Assembly: GCA_016748015.1 (NCBI GenBank)
Contig: JAAOMT010000710.1
Coordinates: forward strand, 496,001 to 560,000
Origin: Geosiphon pyriformis uo1
Lineage: Eukaryota; Fungi; Glomeromycota
Length of the DNA stretch: 64,000 nt
Reading direction: 5' to 3'
Numbering within the stretch: the first letter of the stretch is position 1; each line of letters starts with the position of its first letter. Shown here one piece after another: positions 54,501 through 64,000 of the stretch. The position numbers were made by a program, and so were the translations under genes. The notes under the pieces are model-generated. The model saw only the letters and a program-made list of their open reading frames with translations, made no database searches and had not been told where the DNA came from.

Positions 54501-57312
54501 TATTCTTTGTTGTCCCTGATACATGCGCTCATAGTAGATAGTTTTTTTCCACAATCGACACATATTAGTCTTGGGGGTTGGTAAAATAAGTTTCTTTGAT
54601 CCAAGATTATGTATCTTAGTAATGACGATTGGAGTTCTTCTTCGGCTCTGTTTTTTTCTTTTTCTTCCCAGATTGATGGTGGGGGTAGTTCAGTTCGATA
54701 ATCATCTGCCCATAAAACCTGATAGGTCTCGATGGTTGGTGGCATTAATGTGTCTTCGAATTCAATAAGGGGTTCCTCAGTACATTGGTTTTTAAAGTGT
54801 TCGCACATAGCTGGGACTCGGGCATGCTGTCCGTTGAATGTGAGTTGAAGTTTTTGGGTGTTCCAGTCGAGAGTAGCGTTGGCTTTTGACAACCAGTCAT
54901 TTTCTACTAGAGCTTAATATTGAGTAGCTTCCATAATGAGTACTTTGGTAGGGATTTGGATTCCATTAATCTCGAAGGGGAAGTTGTCAATTTCTCCTAT
55001 CGAGGTTTTTGTGTTCCCATCCGCTGTAATGATCTGAGCAGTAGCAGCATGGTCTACTCGGTGATTTAGTTGGTCTATGAGCTGCTTCGTAATTATGCTA
55101 CCAGCTGATTCACTATTCAGGATTAATTTAATGTCTATTCCTCCAACTCTGGCATCAGTGTATAGAGCTGTTATTGGTTTATCCTAATTGATGGCTGCTC
55201 CACTAAAAAGGCTATGTGTGTTCAACTTATCGATGTCAAAAAGAAATATGGTGGCTAGGGTGGTGTCTTCAGTAATAGTGGCTGGTGGGATATTGCTTTT
55301 TGTTTGCTTGGAAGGTTGGAAGATTGTTCTATATCCTTCCCTTCCACAGGTGTAGATTTATCAAAACCCTGGTCTTCCATAAGACTGAGATAGGAAGCTT
55401 GATTCGGGTATTCAGTTGGTGTTGGTCGAGATTGAGCAGGACTACAAGGGATTGGTCGAAATGGTCCACTGTTGGTTTGCACCTGATTGTTGTTGGAATT
55501 CCTCCATCCCTAATTATAGTCTATAGCTCGAGGTCTGGATGGGCTGTAAGAAAAAGTTTGATAGTGAGGGATTGCTTGTGTCATTAGTGGTGGTTGATAA
55601 TAATTCTGGGACAGTGGTTGAGTGTATGGGACTTGTTGTGTGTATAGGGGCAGTTGATTCTAAGGTATGGAATATTAGGGTACTATGTTTTGCTGATATC
55701 TGGGTTGCTGGTATGGGTTTCCTTGATTTTGGTCCATGATCTTCCTTCTGCAATCACGGGTGATGTGTCTAGGTTTCTGGCAGTAGTAGCAGTTGTGGGG
55801 ATCAGATCTCCAAGGTTGTTGCTGTTGCTGTGGGTATTTGCTGTTGTTGTTATTTTCTCTCCGTTGGGGTGGTTGGTAAGTTTCTGTAGTTCTGGCTAAG
55901 AATCCCTCAATTTTCTGAGTTAGTTTCTCACTCAATTAAGTTATCTTTGTGTCAATGTCAGAGGTTTCATTAATGGCTAAATTAATGGCTTGGATATGGT
56001 TTGCTTCTTGTTTTGCAGATTCAAAATCATGAGTGAAAGTGACGGCGTTTTATAAACTGGTCGGATGGCGGAGTCTTATGGATCTTAGAATACTATTCCG
56101 CAATCCTTTAATGAATTGATTAAGAACTTGTGCCATGGTGTAGTAGTCCCTTTTGATAGCTAATATTTGATGCAGGATTTGATTGAATTGTCCGAAATAA
56201 GTAGTTATGGCTTTGTGATCTTTTTGTTTAATTATGTTGAATTGATTCTGCAATCAGATTAACATATTGGGGTCACAGAAGTATTTCAGAAATGCGAGTT
56301 TAAACTTGGTAAAGGAGGTAGGCTTCTCTGCCAGGCTTTGGTATTACGAATTGGTGGTTTTAGTCAGAAAGAATGGCAGTGCCTGAACTGTGCAATCGTT
56401 GTTCCAACCATTAGTGGTAATTGCTTTCTCAGCGTCCGCGATCCAAGAATATGCATTATCTTTTTCACCAGAGAATTTTTCCAATTTAATGATATTCTGG
56501 TAAGCCATGATCTGGTTAATGGGTGGAGTGTTACTGGTTATGTTTAAAGAGATTGGTGTCCACATATTCGAGTATTTTCTGGGTGCTAATGCTGGTTGCT
56601 TTTCTTTGTTACTTGAACCAATAGGTTGTAAGATAGCTGTTTCTTCCATTAGGGGAGATGCTAATTCTGCTAAGTTTTGTGCTGATGACTGTTCCTAAGT
56701 TGACGGGTTTTTTTCTGTTTAACTAGCTGCTAGGTTAAGATTTCCAAACAGCGATCCATATTTTCCTAGTGATTTGGTCCAACTGTGTTGATTCCAAGGG
56801 TGTGGATTTCCAGGAGTTCGTGATGTTTCCAACTGGGTTTCCAGGGGTGGGTTGAATACAATTCTACTTTGGAGTGTCTGATGGTATGATGGAGTTGTTG
56901 GGGAGAGGACCCTTGGTTTTTTGTTGACCGTGGACTTGGCTTGGACAGTTACGGGGTTGTTGGATTCATTTTTGTATTCTTCAGAGTCGGATTTCACTGG
57001 TTGTTGTACTTGGGAGAATTATTGTGCCACATAATATTTAATGTCTATATTGATTATGCACAGAGTTTCAGCAATTGCTCAGGTAGTCATGGCTGTTGAG
57101 TATCCTAGTAAGCTTTGATGGATTTGTTCTCCAAGTCTTCCTGTATCAGTTGCATGGCCTAACAAGCAGTCAATTTTTGTATTGATATAGTTACAAAAAT
57201 CACTTTCTGCATAAGCAGTTCCTGCTGGTATTCCTAGGTCTTTTCAAAAGTATTGAAATAGTGCTTTTCCATATGTGGAGTGGTCCTTTCCTATTGTTCC
57301 AATAGTTGCCAC
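51539..57312 (-). pseudogene. Gag-protease-Cys-rich-dUTPase-RT-RNase H polyprotein of element 1
   Basis: KLEKFSGE (gag), CYYCQKPRHITRDC knuckle, LILNSES (decayed DSG), dUTPase motifs, SPWSSPVVLV, DLASGY, MPFGLCNAPATFQ, YLDN (decayed YLDD), ATDVL..LGAVLSQ, YTDH; stop at 51539-51541. Confidence 0.88.
53366..53770 (-). pseudogene. dUTPase domain inside the element 1 polyprotein
   Basis: Motif I DASFDL, motif II RSSLA, motif III GIINASYTRNI (decayed GIIDAGYTGNI), motif IV IAQAI, motif V (R)GINGFGSSG. Confidence 0.9.
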
Positions 57313-57356
57313 TTTTATGTATTTTTGGGGGTGCTCTGTTTCTGTGGATTTATAAT

Positions 57357-57372
57357 CTCACAGGGAGCACCA
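57357..57372 (-). other. Primer-binding site TGGTGCTCCCTGTGAG
   Basis: Two nt after the 5' LTR; complementary to a tRNA 3' end CTCACAGGGAGCACCA (Ile-UAU or elongator Met type, unresolved). Confidence 0.88.
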
Positions 57373-57374
57373 AA

Positions 57375-58463
57375 TGTTACAGATAAACTTGGTGGGTATG
57401 AGAAATGGTAATGTTTGGTGCTCTCAATTATTGATGAATGCATCTTTCACGTAATTTTGTTGGCTTAGTCTTGATTATCAGTCTTTGAAGGTTTATTCCT
57501 GGATGTGAATTTTACCCATTGAGTTCTTTGGTTATAAGACACAGAGTTTGTCTTTCATCGATTGCAATGTTTTTCATAAATGTGAGCTTTCTTTTTCAAG
57601 CTAACGAGTGCAGTCATTAAGGTCTGGCATTGTCTTTTCGCCCTTTTGGTAAGCTAACAAGATAATGTTAATATCCAAAACTTAGAGGGAGCTTCCCTCT
57701 TTTACCAGGCTATCACAAAGTTTATTCCCAGACAGTCGATTTTACTATGTTGCCACTCCACAAAAAATAAGACAGAAAAAGAAAAAAAAAGAAAAAAAAA
57801 GAAAAGAGAGAAAAGATAAATTAGTATCTTCAATTGCTGTGATCAAGAGTGATTGATCCAAATCGTTAATAGGTTCGAGGTGGTTATACTAAGAGCATCT
57901 GTTCTAGAATGGAGGTACGAGACAAGGGTTATTTCACGTAAATTTCATGAAGTTCAAGAACATGAATTTGCGATTCTGATTTCTTTTAATAATTGATTTA
58001 TTTCAGGAGATGAACTAGAGAAGATAATAAAGGATGAAGGGGTATGGATATTTTAATTTCTGGTTTAGAGGTTCATATTTATTTTTTCTTCTCTGTCTTT
58101 TCTCACTTCTATAACTATTTGCTTTTATACATTCTTTTGGTTTTACAGAATTGCTTTCAATTATCTTGCTATTGCTAGCTATTGCTTTGTTGTTTCTGTT
58201 TATTGCTTCGTTTTTTTACGTTATCACTAGTTATTCTATGTTATAACATGTTATTTGACATTATTACATGTTATTCTGTGTTATCCTGCGTTATAACACA
58301 TTATCCTACGTTATTGCATACTATTCTGTGTTATCCTGCATTATAACACGTTATTCAACGTTATAATGTGTTATCCAATGTTATTGTGCGTTATTCTGTG
58401 TTATGTCACATTTTTGGTCACGTTTTTTCATAACTTTGGATCAGTTTTTCTACTCGGGTAACA
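57375..58463 (-). repeat. 5' LTR of element 1 (1089 bp)
   Basis: Direct repeat of 48268-49331; followed by the PBS on the minus strand. Confidence 0.95.
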
Positions 58464-59346
58464 ATGGGATGGTTTTCTTGTTATATTTAATTGCCAATAT
58501 CCTGTTTTAATTGCAATCAGTCTTTCGTGAGTTCCTTAATTCTATTTGTGTGATAATGTTACTGTTATACTAAAGGCTTTCTTTTTAATGTCATGATGTA
58601 AGTTATTCTTCAATTTCTGATTGTTGTGTGTATTTATGTATTCTTTCTCAGAGACTGAACTGAAATCTACCTGCTGTCTGGGGTTTTCTCTGAGGCTATT
58701 CTTGCAATTGCCTGATGTGTTTCTCTAATCTAGAAACACAGAATGTTAATGGCCTTTAGCGCTTTTTCTAATTCTTACAATAAAGCTTTTATCAATTAGT
58801 AACAACATAAATAATCTTGATCAAGAATTATTCTTCCAAGGGATTCAGTTGATGAATAATAGTTTCATTCAATAAATAATACAAGTAAGTTTCTTAATAC
58901 TTTGGGTTATGATAATTCAGTTTTAAATATTCTTTTTCATTTCTTTTTGATTTAAAGGTTTCTTGGAATATTTAATTTGAAAGTATGATTTAAAGTGAAA
59001 TTTGTTGGATAAAATTAGATCTATTGCTTGATAAATTATGATTTTTATTACTTGATTTTTTTTTCTCAATATTAAAGCTACTGTATATATATATGTTTGT
59101 AGTTCTATAAGAAAACACAATATAATACTTTCTTTTTGATATTTCAATTTGGTGTTTGCTGCTATCACCAGTTGGTGTTGGCTGCTATTGTGAACTGGTG
59201 CTTGCCATTATTGCAAGATGGTGTTTGCTATTATGTTAATTATTACCTTTCTAAGATTATTACTGCGCTATATTATGATTGAATAGTTTATATTATTTTT
59301 ATGATTCTTTTGCTAAATTCTTAAATCATAACATTATTCCCTCCTT

Positions 59347-60057
59347 TCAAGATTGAGCTCCATCGAAATCAAAGTTAATTTCTTCATTAAATTCTAAATT
59401 ACTATAGTGGTTTAATACTGTGTTATTAATTTGTTGTTGTAATTCTTGAAATTGTGAGTTGGTAAGTCGTCCAATACTGTTGGTTGTTATTATGTTCATG
59501 GTTGGATCCAACAATAGTTTGTGACAGTTTTCAAATGCTTTGAAAATTCTGTAAACTGTTTTTGAATAGAATGTAGTATTGGTTTTTCCAATGAAAGGTT
59601 CTAATAGTTGGATAGTTGTTTTGTCAAACACTCTAGTTGAATTTTTTGAGTATAATGTTTGTATGTTTAAGTGTTTTTCTAGTTGATAATAACAGTAGTT
59701 AATGGGAAATTTTGTTTTCAAGTTGCTAAATGTGTCTGGTGTTAATTCACTTATTTCTATTTCTTCTATTATTAATGTATTGTCCAATGCTATCTCTAAT
59801 TTTTCAATCACTTTGCTGATAAATTTGTTGTTATGTTTGGTAATATTATATGATTCAAAATTATGTTCTTTTTTTGTTTTTGGATTTTCTATTGTTCTTT
59901 TTATGTATGTTATTTTGGAGCTATTAACTGTGATTTCTGGATCGGATTTTAATTGTTGTAAGCTTTCAACTAATTGTTGAGTTATATTGTTGATGTTTTC
60001 TGAAATAAGTATTATTGTTTTAATTTTGACTGCTATTTTGGAATCTTTTGCATGCAT
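59347..60057 (-). CDS. ORF3 of element 2, 236 aa, open frame, unknown function
   Basis: ATG in an AAAA context 42 nt after the integrase stop; homologous to element 1 ORF3; stop overlaps the PPT. Confidence 0.75.
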   Translation of the reverse strand: MHAKDSKIAVKIKTIILISENINNITQQLVESLQQLKSDPEITVNSSKITYIKRTIENPKTKKEHNFESYNITKHNNKFISKVIEKLEIALDNTLIIEEIEISELTPDTFSNLKTKFPINYCYYQLEKHLNIQTLYSKNSTRVFDKTTIQLLEPFIGKTNTTFYSKTVYRIFKAFENCHKLLLDPTMNIITTNSIGRLTNSQFQELQQQINNTVLNHYSNLEFNEEINFDFDGAQS

Positions 60058-60099
60058 TTTTATGGTTGTTAAATCATTTTTGCTGTGATCTAAGATTAA

Positions 60100-61478
60100 T
60101 TATCTTTTTGAATAATGTTCAATTAAAACTATTGGTTCTAAATTTTGTGGAATTTGTTCTGGTAGAATTAAAGGTAATTGTGTTTCAATTCTGAGTGTCT
60201 TTGTTGTTATTACTGGTTTACTGTAATAGAATTTCAGCCAGTTACCATGTGCTGCTTTTCTTAATATTTTATTATCTAGTTTTAGCTTGTATGCTTTATT
60301 TTCAAGTATTTCATAAATATAAAATAGTCCATCTTACTTGTGATCAAATTTTCCACTCCATTGTTTTTCCATTTTTGTATGATGCAATAATACTTTATCT
60401 CCAATTTTGTAGCTAATTATATTATCTGGTAACTGGTTATTATGTCTCACTTTTTGTTGTTCTTGTGATTGTTCAATATTTTGTGCTGCTTTTCTTCTTT
60501 TTTTTCTAAAGTTTCTATTAATTTGTATGTTCTTTTAAGTAGTGTTTCCTAGAATGTTGCTTTAGTAATAGTGTCACTTGGATAAGTTGGGATAGTAAGT
60601 TCAACTGGTAATGTGGCTTTTCTTCCATAAACTAGTTCAAATGGTGTAAATTATATAGTATCTTGTTTTACTGTTCTATATGCTAATAGTACTGCTGGTA
60701 TGAACAAATCCCATTCTTTTTCATGTTCATTACTAATTTTCACCAGTGATTCACATAATGTGCGATTAAATCTTTCAACTAATCCATTTGTTTATAGGTG
60801 GTATAGTGATGACAGTAGTTGCTTGATTCCAAATTTTTGGCTAAGTTCTTTTAAGGTGCTGTTTACGAAGTGTGTGCCTTGATCTGATAGCAATTCTTGT
60901 AGACATCTATGTCAGCAAATTAAGTTTTCATGTATAAATTGAGCTATGGAAATAGCATCAGCTGTTTTAATAGCTCTAGCTTCTGGCTATTTGGTGAGAT
61001 AGTCCACAGCTACTGCAATATAATGGTTGTTTCTTGTTATTATTGGTAAGGATCCAACTAAATCAATTCCAATTCTGTCAAATGGCTGTCCAATTTTTAT
61101 TGGTCTTAATAATTCCATTGTTTTTGCTCCTCCTCTTTGTTGGCATGGGTCACAATTTTTTATGTATTAGATTATGTCTGAACTCATTTTTGGCCAATAG
61201 TAATGGCTAGTTGCATGTTGGATGGTTGCTGTTTTTCCAAAGTGGCCTGAATGAATATTTGAATGCATGTTAAATAAGATAGTTTCTTTTTCATCCGTGG
61301 TTATAACTCTTAATGGATTATCTGAATTTTGTCAATTCTGGTAATAAAATATGTGATTTTGGATGAAATAGTGTTTTGCTAATTTTTGGAGCTTAATTAG
61401 CTCTTTTACTGGCATTTCTTCATCTATTTGTAGTGTTTCCAAGTATTGGCTGAGGTTTTTATAAAGGTGGTTGTTTAT
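60100..61478 (-). pseudogene. Integrase of element 2, stand-alone ORF (start decayed ATG GAC to ATA AAC)
   Basis: HSNIHSGHFGK, CDPCQ, GIDLVGSL, SDQGTHF, NGLVERFNRTL; ends LEPIVLIEHYSKR*. Confidence 0.85.
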
Positions 61479-61694
61479 TGTTGTTGTGACAGGTGGGTTG
61501 GTAATTTTTATGTATGTTTCATTCTTGATAAACAGTCAGCATTAGCATTTTTGGTACTTTCTTTGTATTTAATAATATAATCGTATGATGTTAACGTTTG
61601 TGACCATCTGGCATATTTTCCTTTTAGCACTTTCTTGTTATTTAACCAGACCAGACCTCTATGATCTGTAGTAATCTCAAAGGGTTGGTACTAT

Positions 61695-63133
61695 TGTTAT
61701 TCATAGAAATATAGAAAATATATTAGTATGATTATTAGCCAATCAGAAGTAGGCATAGTAAATGTGGAATTCCAGGATTCCTCTCAGGAATTGCAGGATT
61801 CCAAGAATTTCAGGATTCCCCGACAAGGAATCGCAGGATTCCTCTCAAAGGGATTGCAGGATTCCAGGAATTTCAGAATTCCTGTCATGAAGAATCAAGG
61901 AATTAAGGAATCTCAAATATGTATATATAGCAGTAGTATTAGAAACAGAAAAGACAAAATTGATACCACAGAATCCTTAGCCTAGAAACAAAATCATCAA
62001 ATAAATAATTATTTTATATCTCAATCCACTCTCCACTATCAACACTTCATGTTGATAGTAATTAATCCTTAACCACGCTGGAACAATAGCTCTTGATTAT
62101 GGCTATTGACAAGATACTAATCTACCAAATGCCTTGGCTTATTTCTTTACATTTCTTTATTTTCGTTATTTTCTTTATTTTCTGTGATTTTGTTATTGTG
62201 CACTAACCAATTGATTAAAAGTGCTGATTATTGACATCAAGGATTGCCTGGTAAAAGACCCCTGCGAGTGGGTAGGACACATACAGAAGATACGAATTAT
62301 TTACTAGAAGATTGCCAGCCACCAAGCCGAGAAAAAAATTGACAGACTTGTGAGTTTGAGAAGCTACAGATAAAACAACTATTGAATCTCTGTCCATTAT
62401 ACAAAGGACTCATTGGAAAAACCTTCAGATCCCAAAACCTTCAGTTTATCATCAATGCAAATAGTTGTTGAGCACCAAGTTATGGATTTGTTATTTGACT
62501 TGAGACCCCAAAAAATCATTGTAACATTTGGTGCTCCCTGTGAGATATAATCCTACAGAGAACCAGCACCAACAAACACCATCCAAAAGTGGCAGAATCA
62601 GAAAATATAGGAGCAAACCATTTAGGATTCGCAAAATTCTTATTTCAATACTATTGTCAATACTTGGGATTAAACCACAATCATATATCCACCAAATCAG
62701 CCTTCAATTTCTACATCAACAAAAAGATTTCTTCTTTGTTAGGAACACCAGTAAATACTGAATCAGCAAGGGAAACTTTCTATAAAGAATTAATTCAAAA
62801 CACCAACCTACCAACAAATCATAATTTCGTATTTATCATCACTAAGATCAACCAAGAAATTGAACATCATACCCAACAAAGATATCCAATTACATACACT
62901 AGTAAAGGCAAAGGAAAACTACAAACACCAGCAGTAACACCTAAAAGAATACAACCATCTACTTAGAAGAAAACAAGAGTTGAATCCCCAACCAATTCAT
63001 CTTATCATTATACACTCAGAAGTGCCATCAACATTTTATTAACAAGCACATCCACATCAAATGTGGCATTAACATTTGGATGATTCTCATTCCAAAGTAA
63101 ACAAAGGAAAACAGAATTATTAAGACCATACGA
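61695..63133 (+). mobile_element. LTR element 3, 5' part: LTR 61695-62526, PBS 62529-62544, gag N-terminus from 62589; inserted in element 2 RNase H
   Basis: TGTTA...TAACA LTR, PBS identical to element 1, and gag N-terminus homologous to element 1. Confidence 0.88.
61766..61882 (+). repeat. Six tandem GGAATTGCAGGATTCC-type units in the LTR U3 region
   Basis: Located between a CCAAT box and TATATATAG; the sister LTR has three units (63205-63258). Confidence 0.85.
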
Positions 63134-64000
63134 TGTTACTCATAGAAATATAGGAAATATATTAGCATAATTATTAGCCAATCAGAAGTAAGCATAGTAA
63201 ATGTGGAATTGCAGGATTCCTTTCAGGAATTGCAGGATTCCAGAAATTCCAGGATTCCTGTCGTGAATAATCGAGAAATTAAGGAATCTCAATTATGTAT
63301 ATATAGCAGTAGTGTTAGAAACAGAAAAGACAGAATCAATACCACAAAATCATTAGCCAAGAAACCAATCATCAAATAAATAATTATTCCATATCTCAAT
63401 TCACTATTCACTATCAACACTTTATGTTGATAGTAATTGATACTTAACCATGCTGGAACAATAGCTCTTGATCATGGCTATTGACAAGATACTAATGTAC
63501 TGAATTGCCTTGGCTTATTTCTTTATTTTCTTTAATTTTATTTTCTTTCTTTTTATTTTTTCTTTCTTTGATTTTTGTTGTTGTATACTAATTGAGAAAA
63601 AAGATTAAGCACTGAGTTATTGATGTCAAGGATAGCCTGATAAAAGACCCAGAAATAAGGGTAGAATTATATATATTAACAGATAGCTTACCAGAAGGGC
63701 ATAACTGCCAGAATAAATCTGGCCACCAAGCTGAGAAAAAAATTGGGCATAATTGTGGCTCCAGAAAAACTACTACCATCACCACTGAATCTCTGTCTAT
63801 TATATAAAGAACTTTACAACAAAACCTTCAGATCAACCAAAATCTTCAGATACCATACCTTCCATACATCATCCACAAAAGTAGCTTTTAAGCACCAAGT
63901 TACAGGTTTGTTATTCAATACAACAACAGAAATAATCATCTGTAACATTTGGTGCTCCCTGTGAGGTATAATTCTACAGAGAACCAGCACCGATAACACC
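63134..64000 (+). mobile_element. LTR element 4 (same family as element 3): 5' LTR 63134-63947, PBS 63950-63965; inserted in element 3 gag and running off the window
   Basis: Homologous to 61695-62526, followed by a PBS and not preceded by a PPT. Confidence 0.88.

Larger units (their letters stand above)
48268..58463 (-). mobile_element. Full-length Ty3/Gypsy-like LTR retrotransposon 1 (10.2 kb; dUTPase, separate integrase ORF, ORF3), inactivated; 4-bp TSD ATGG
   Basis: Two TG...CA LTRs, PBS and PPT present; ATGG at 48264-48267 and 58464-58467; domain order PR-RT-RH-IN. Confidence 0.95.
58464..61694 (-). mobile_element. Ty3/Gypsy-like element 2, visible 3' part: RNase H end (61508-61694), integrase, ORF3, PPT, 3' LTR (58464-59333)
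   Basis: ITTDHRGL..GKYARWSQTL..NANADCLSRMKHT*; integrase motifs; PPT GAAAGGAGGGAA; LTR begins TGTTATG at 59333. Confidence 0.9.

Noticed and set aside
55300-55335. Programmed gag-pol frameshift in element 1
   Set aside because: No clear slippery heptamer; a 1-nt deletion in a dead copy explains it. A consensus is needed to exclude it fully.
61695-63947. Two similar LTRs 600 bp apart read as one miniature (TRIM-like) element
   Set aside because: The second LTR has no preceding PPT and is followed by its own PBS and gag start, so it is a nested 5' LTR.

Overview
This is AT-rich, intron-dense eukaryotic (fungal) genomic DNA. Gene and transposon content suggests an early-diverging fungus, probably Glomeromycotina/Geosiphon-like; that assignment is recollection, not a search result. 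Host genes: the 3' part of a cytochrome P450 (1-1087, +), a Pho85-type Pcl5/Pas1-like cyclin (4660-7098, +), PRP5 DEAD-box helicase (30308-34706, -), a small SH3-only gene (36194-36876, -), a DH(RhoGEF)-BAR-SH3 gene with a 5-nt micro-exon (38769-43370, -) and a divergent GCN5 with a PCAF-N-like zinc module (44353-45979, -). About 60% of the window is two transposon blocks. The first (about 8.7-29.3 kb) is a same-orientation stack of an APE-RT-RNaseH LINE family at several decay stages, with a conserved 5' stem and a covarying 3' pseudoknot. The second (47.5-64 kb) is a nest of one LINE remnant and four Ty3/Gypsy-like LTR elements. The most striking system is the LTR element architecture. A probably GUG-initiated Gag-PR-Cys-rich-dUTPase-RT-RNaseH polyprotein stops right after RNase H. 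It is followed by a separately initiated integrase ORF and a conserved non-env third ORF ending at the PPT. The split integrase and ORF3 are seen in two diverged families. All repeats carry an essentially transition-only (C:G to T:A) mutational signature.
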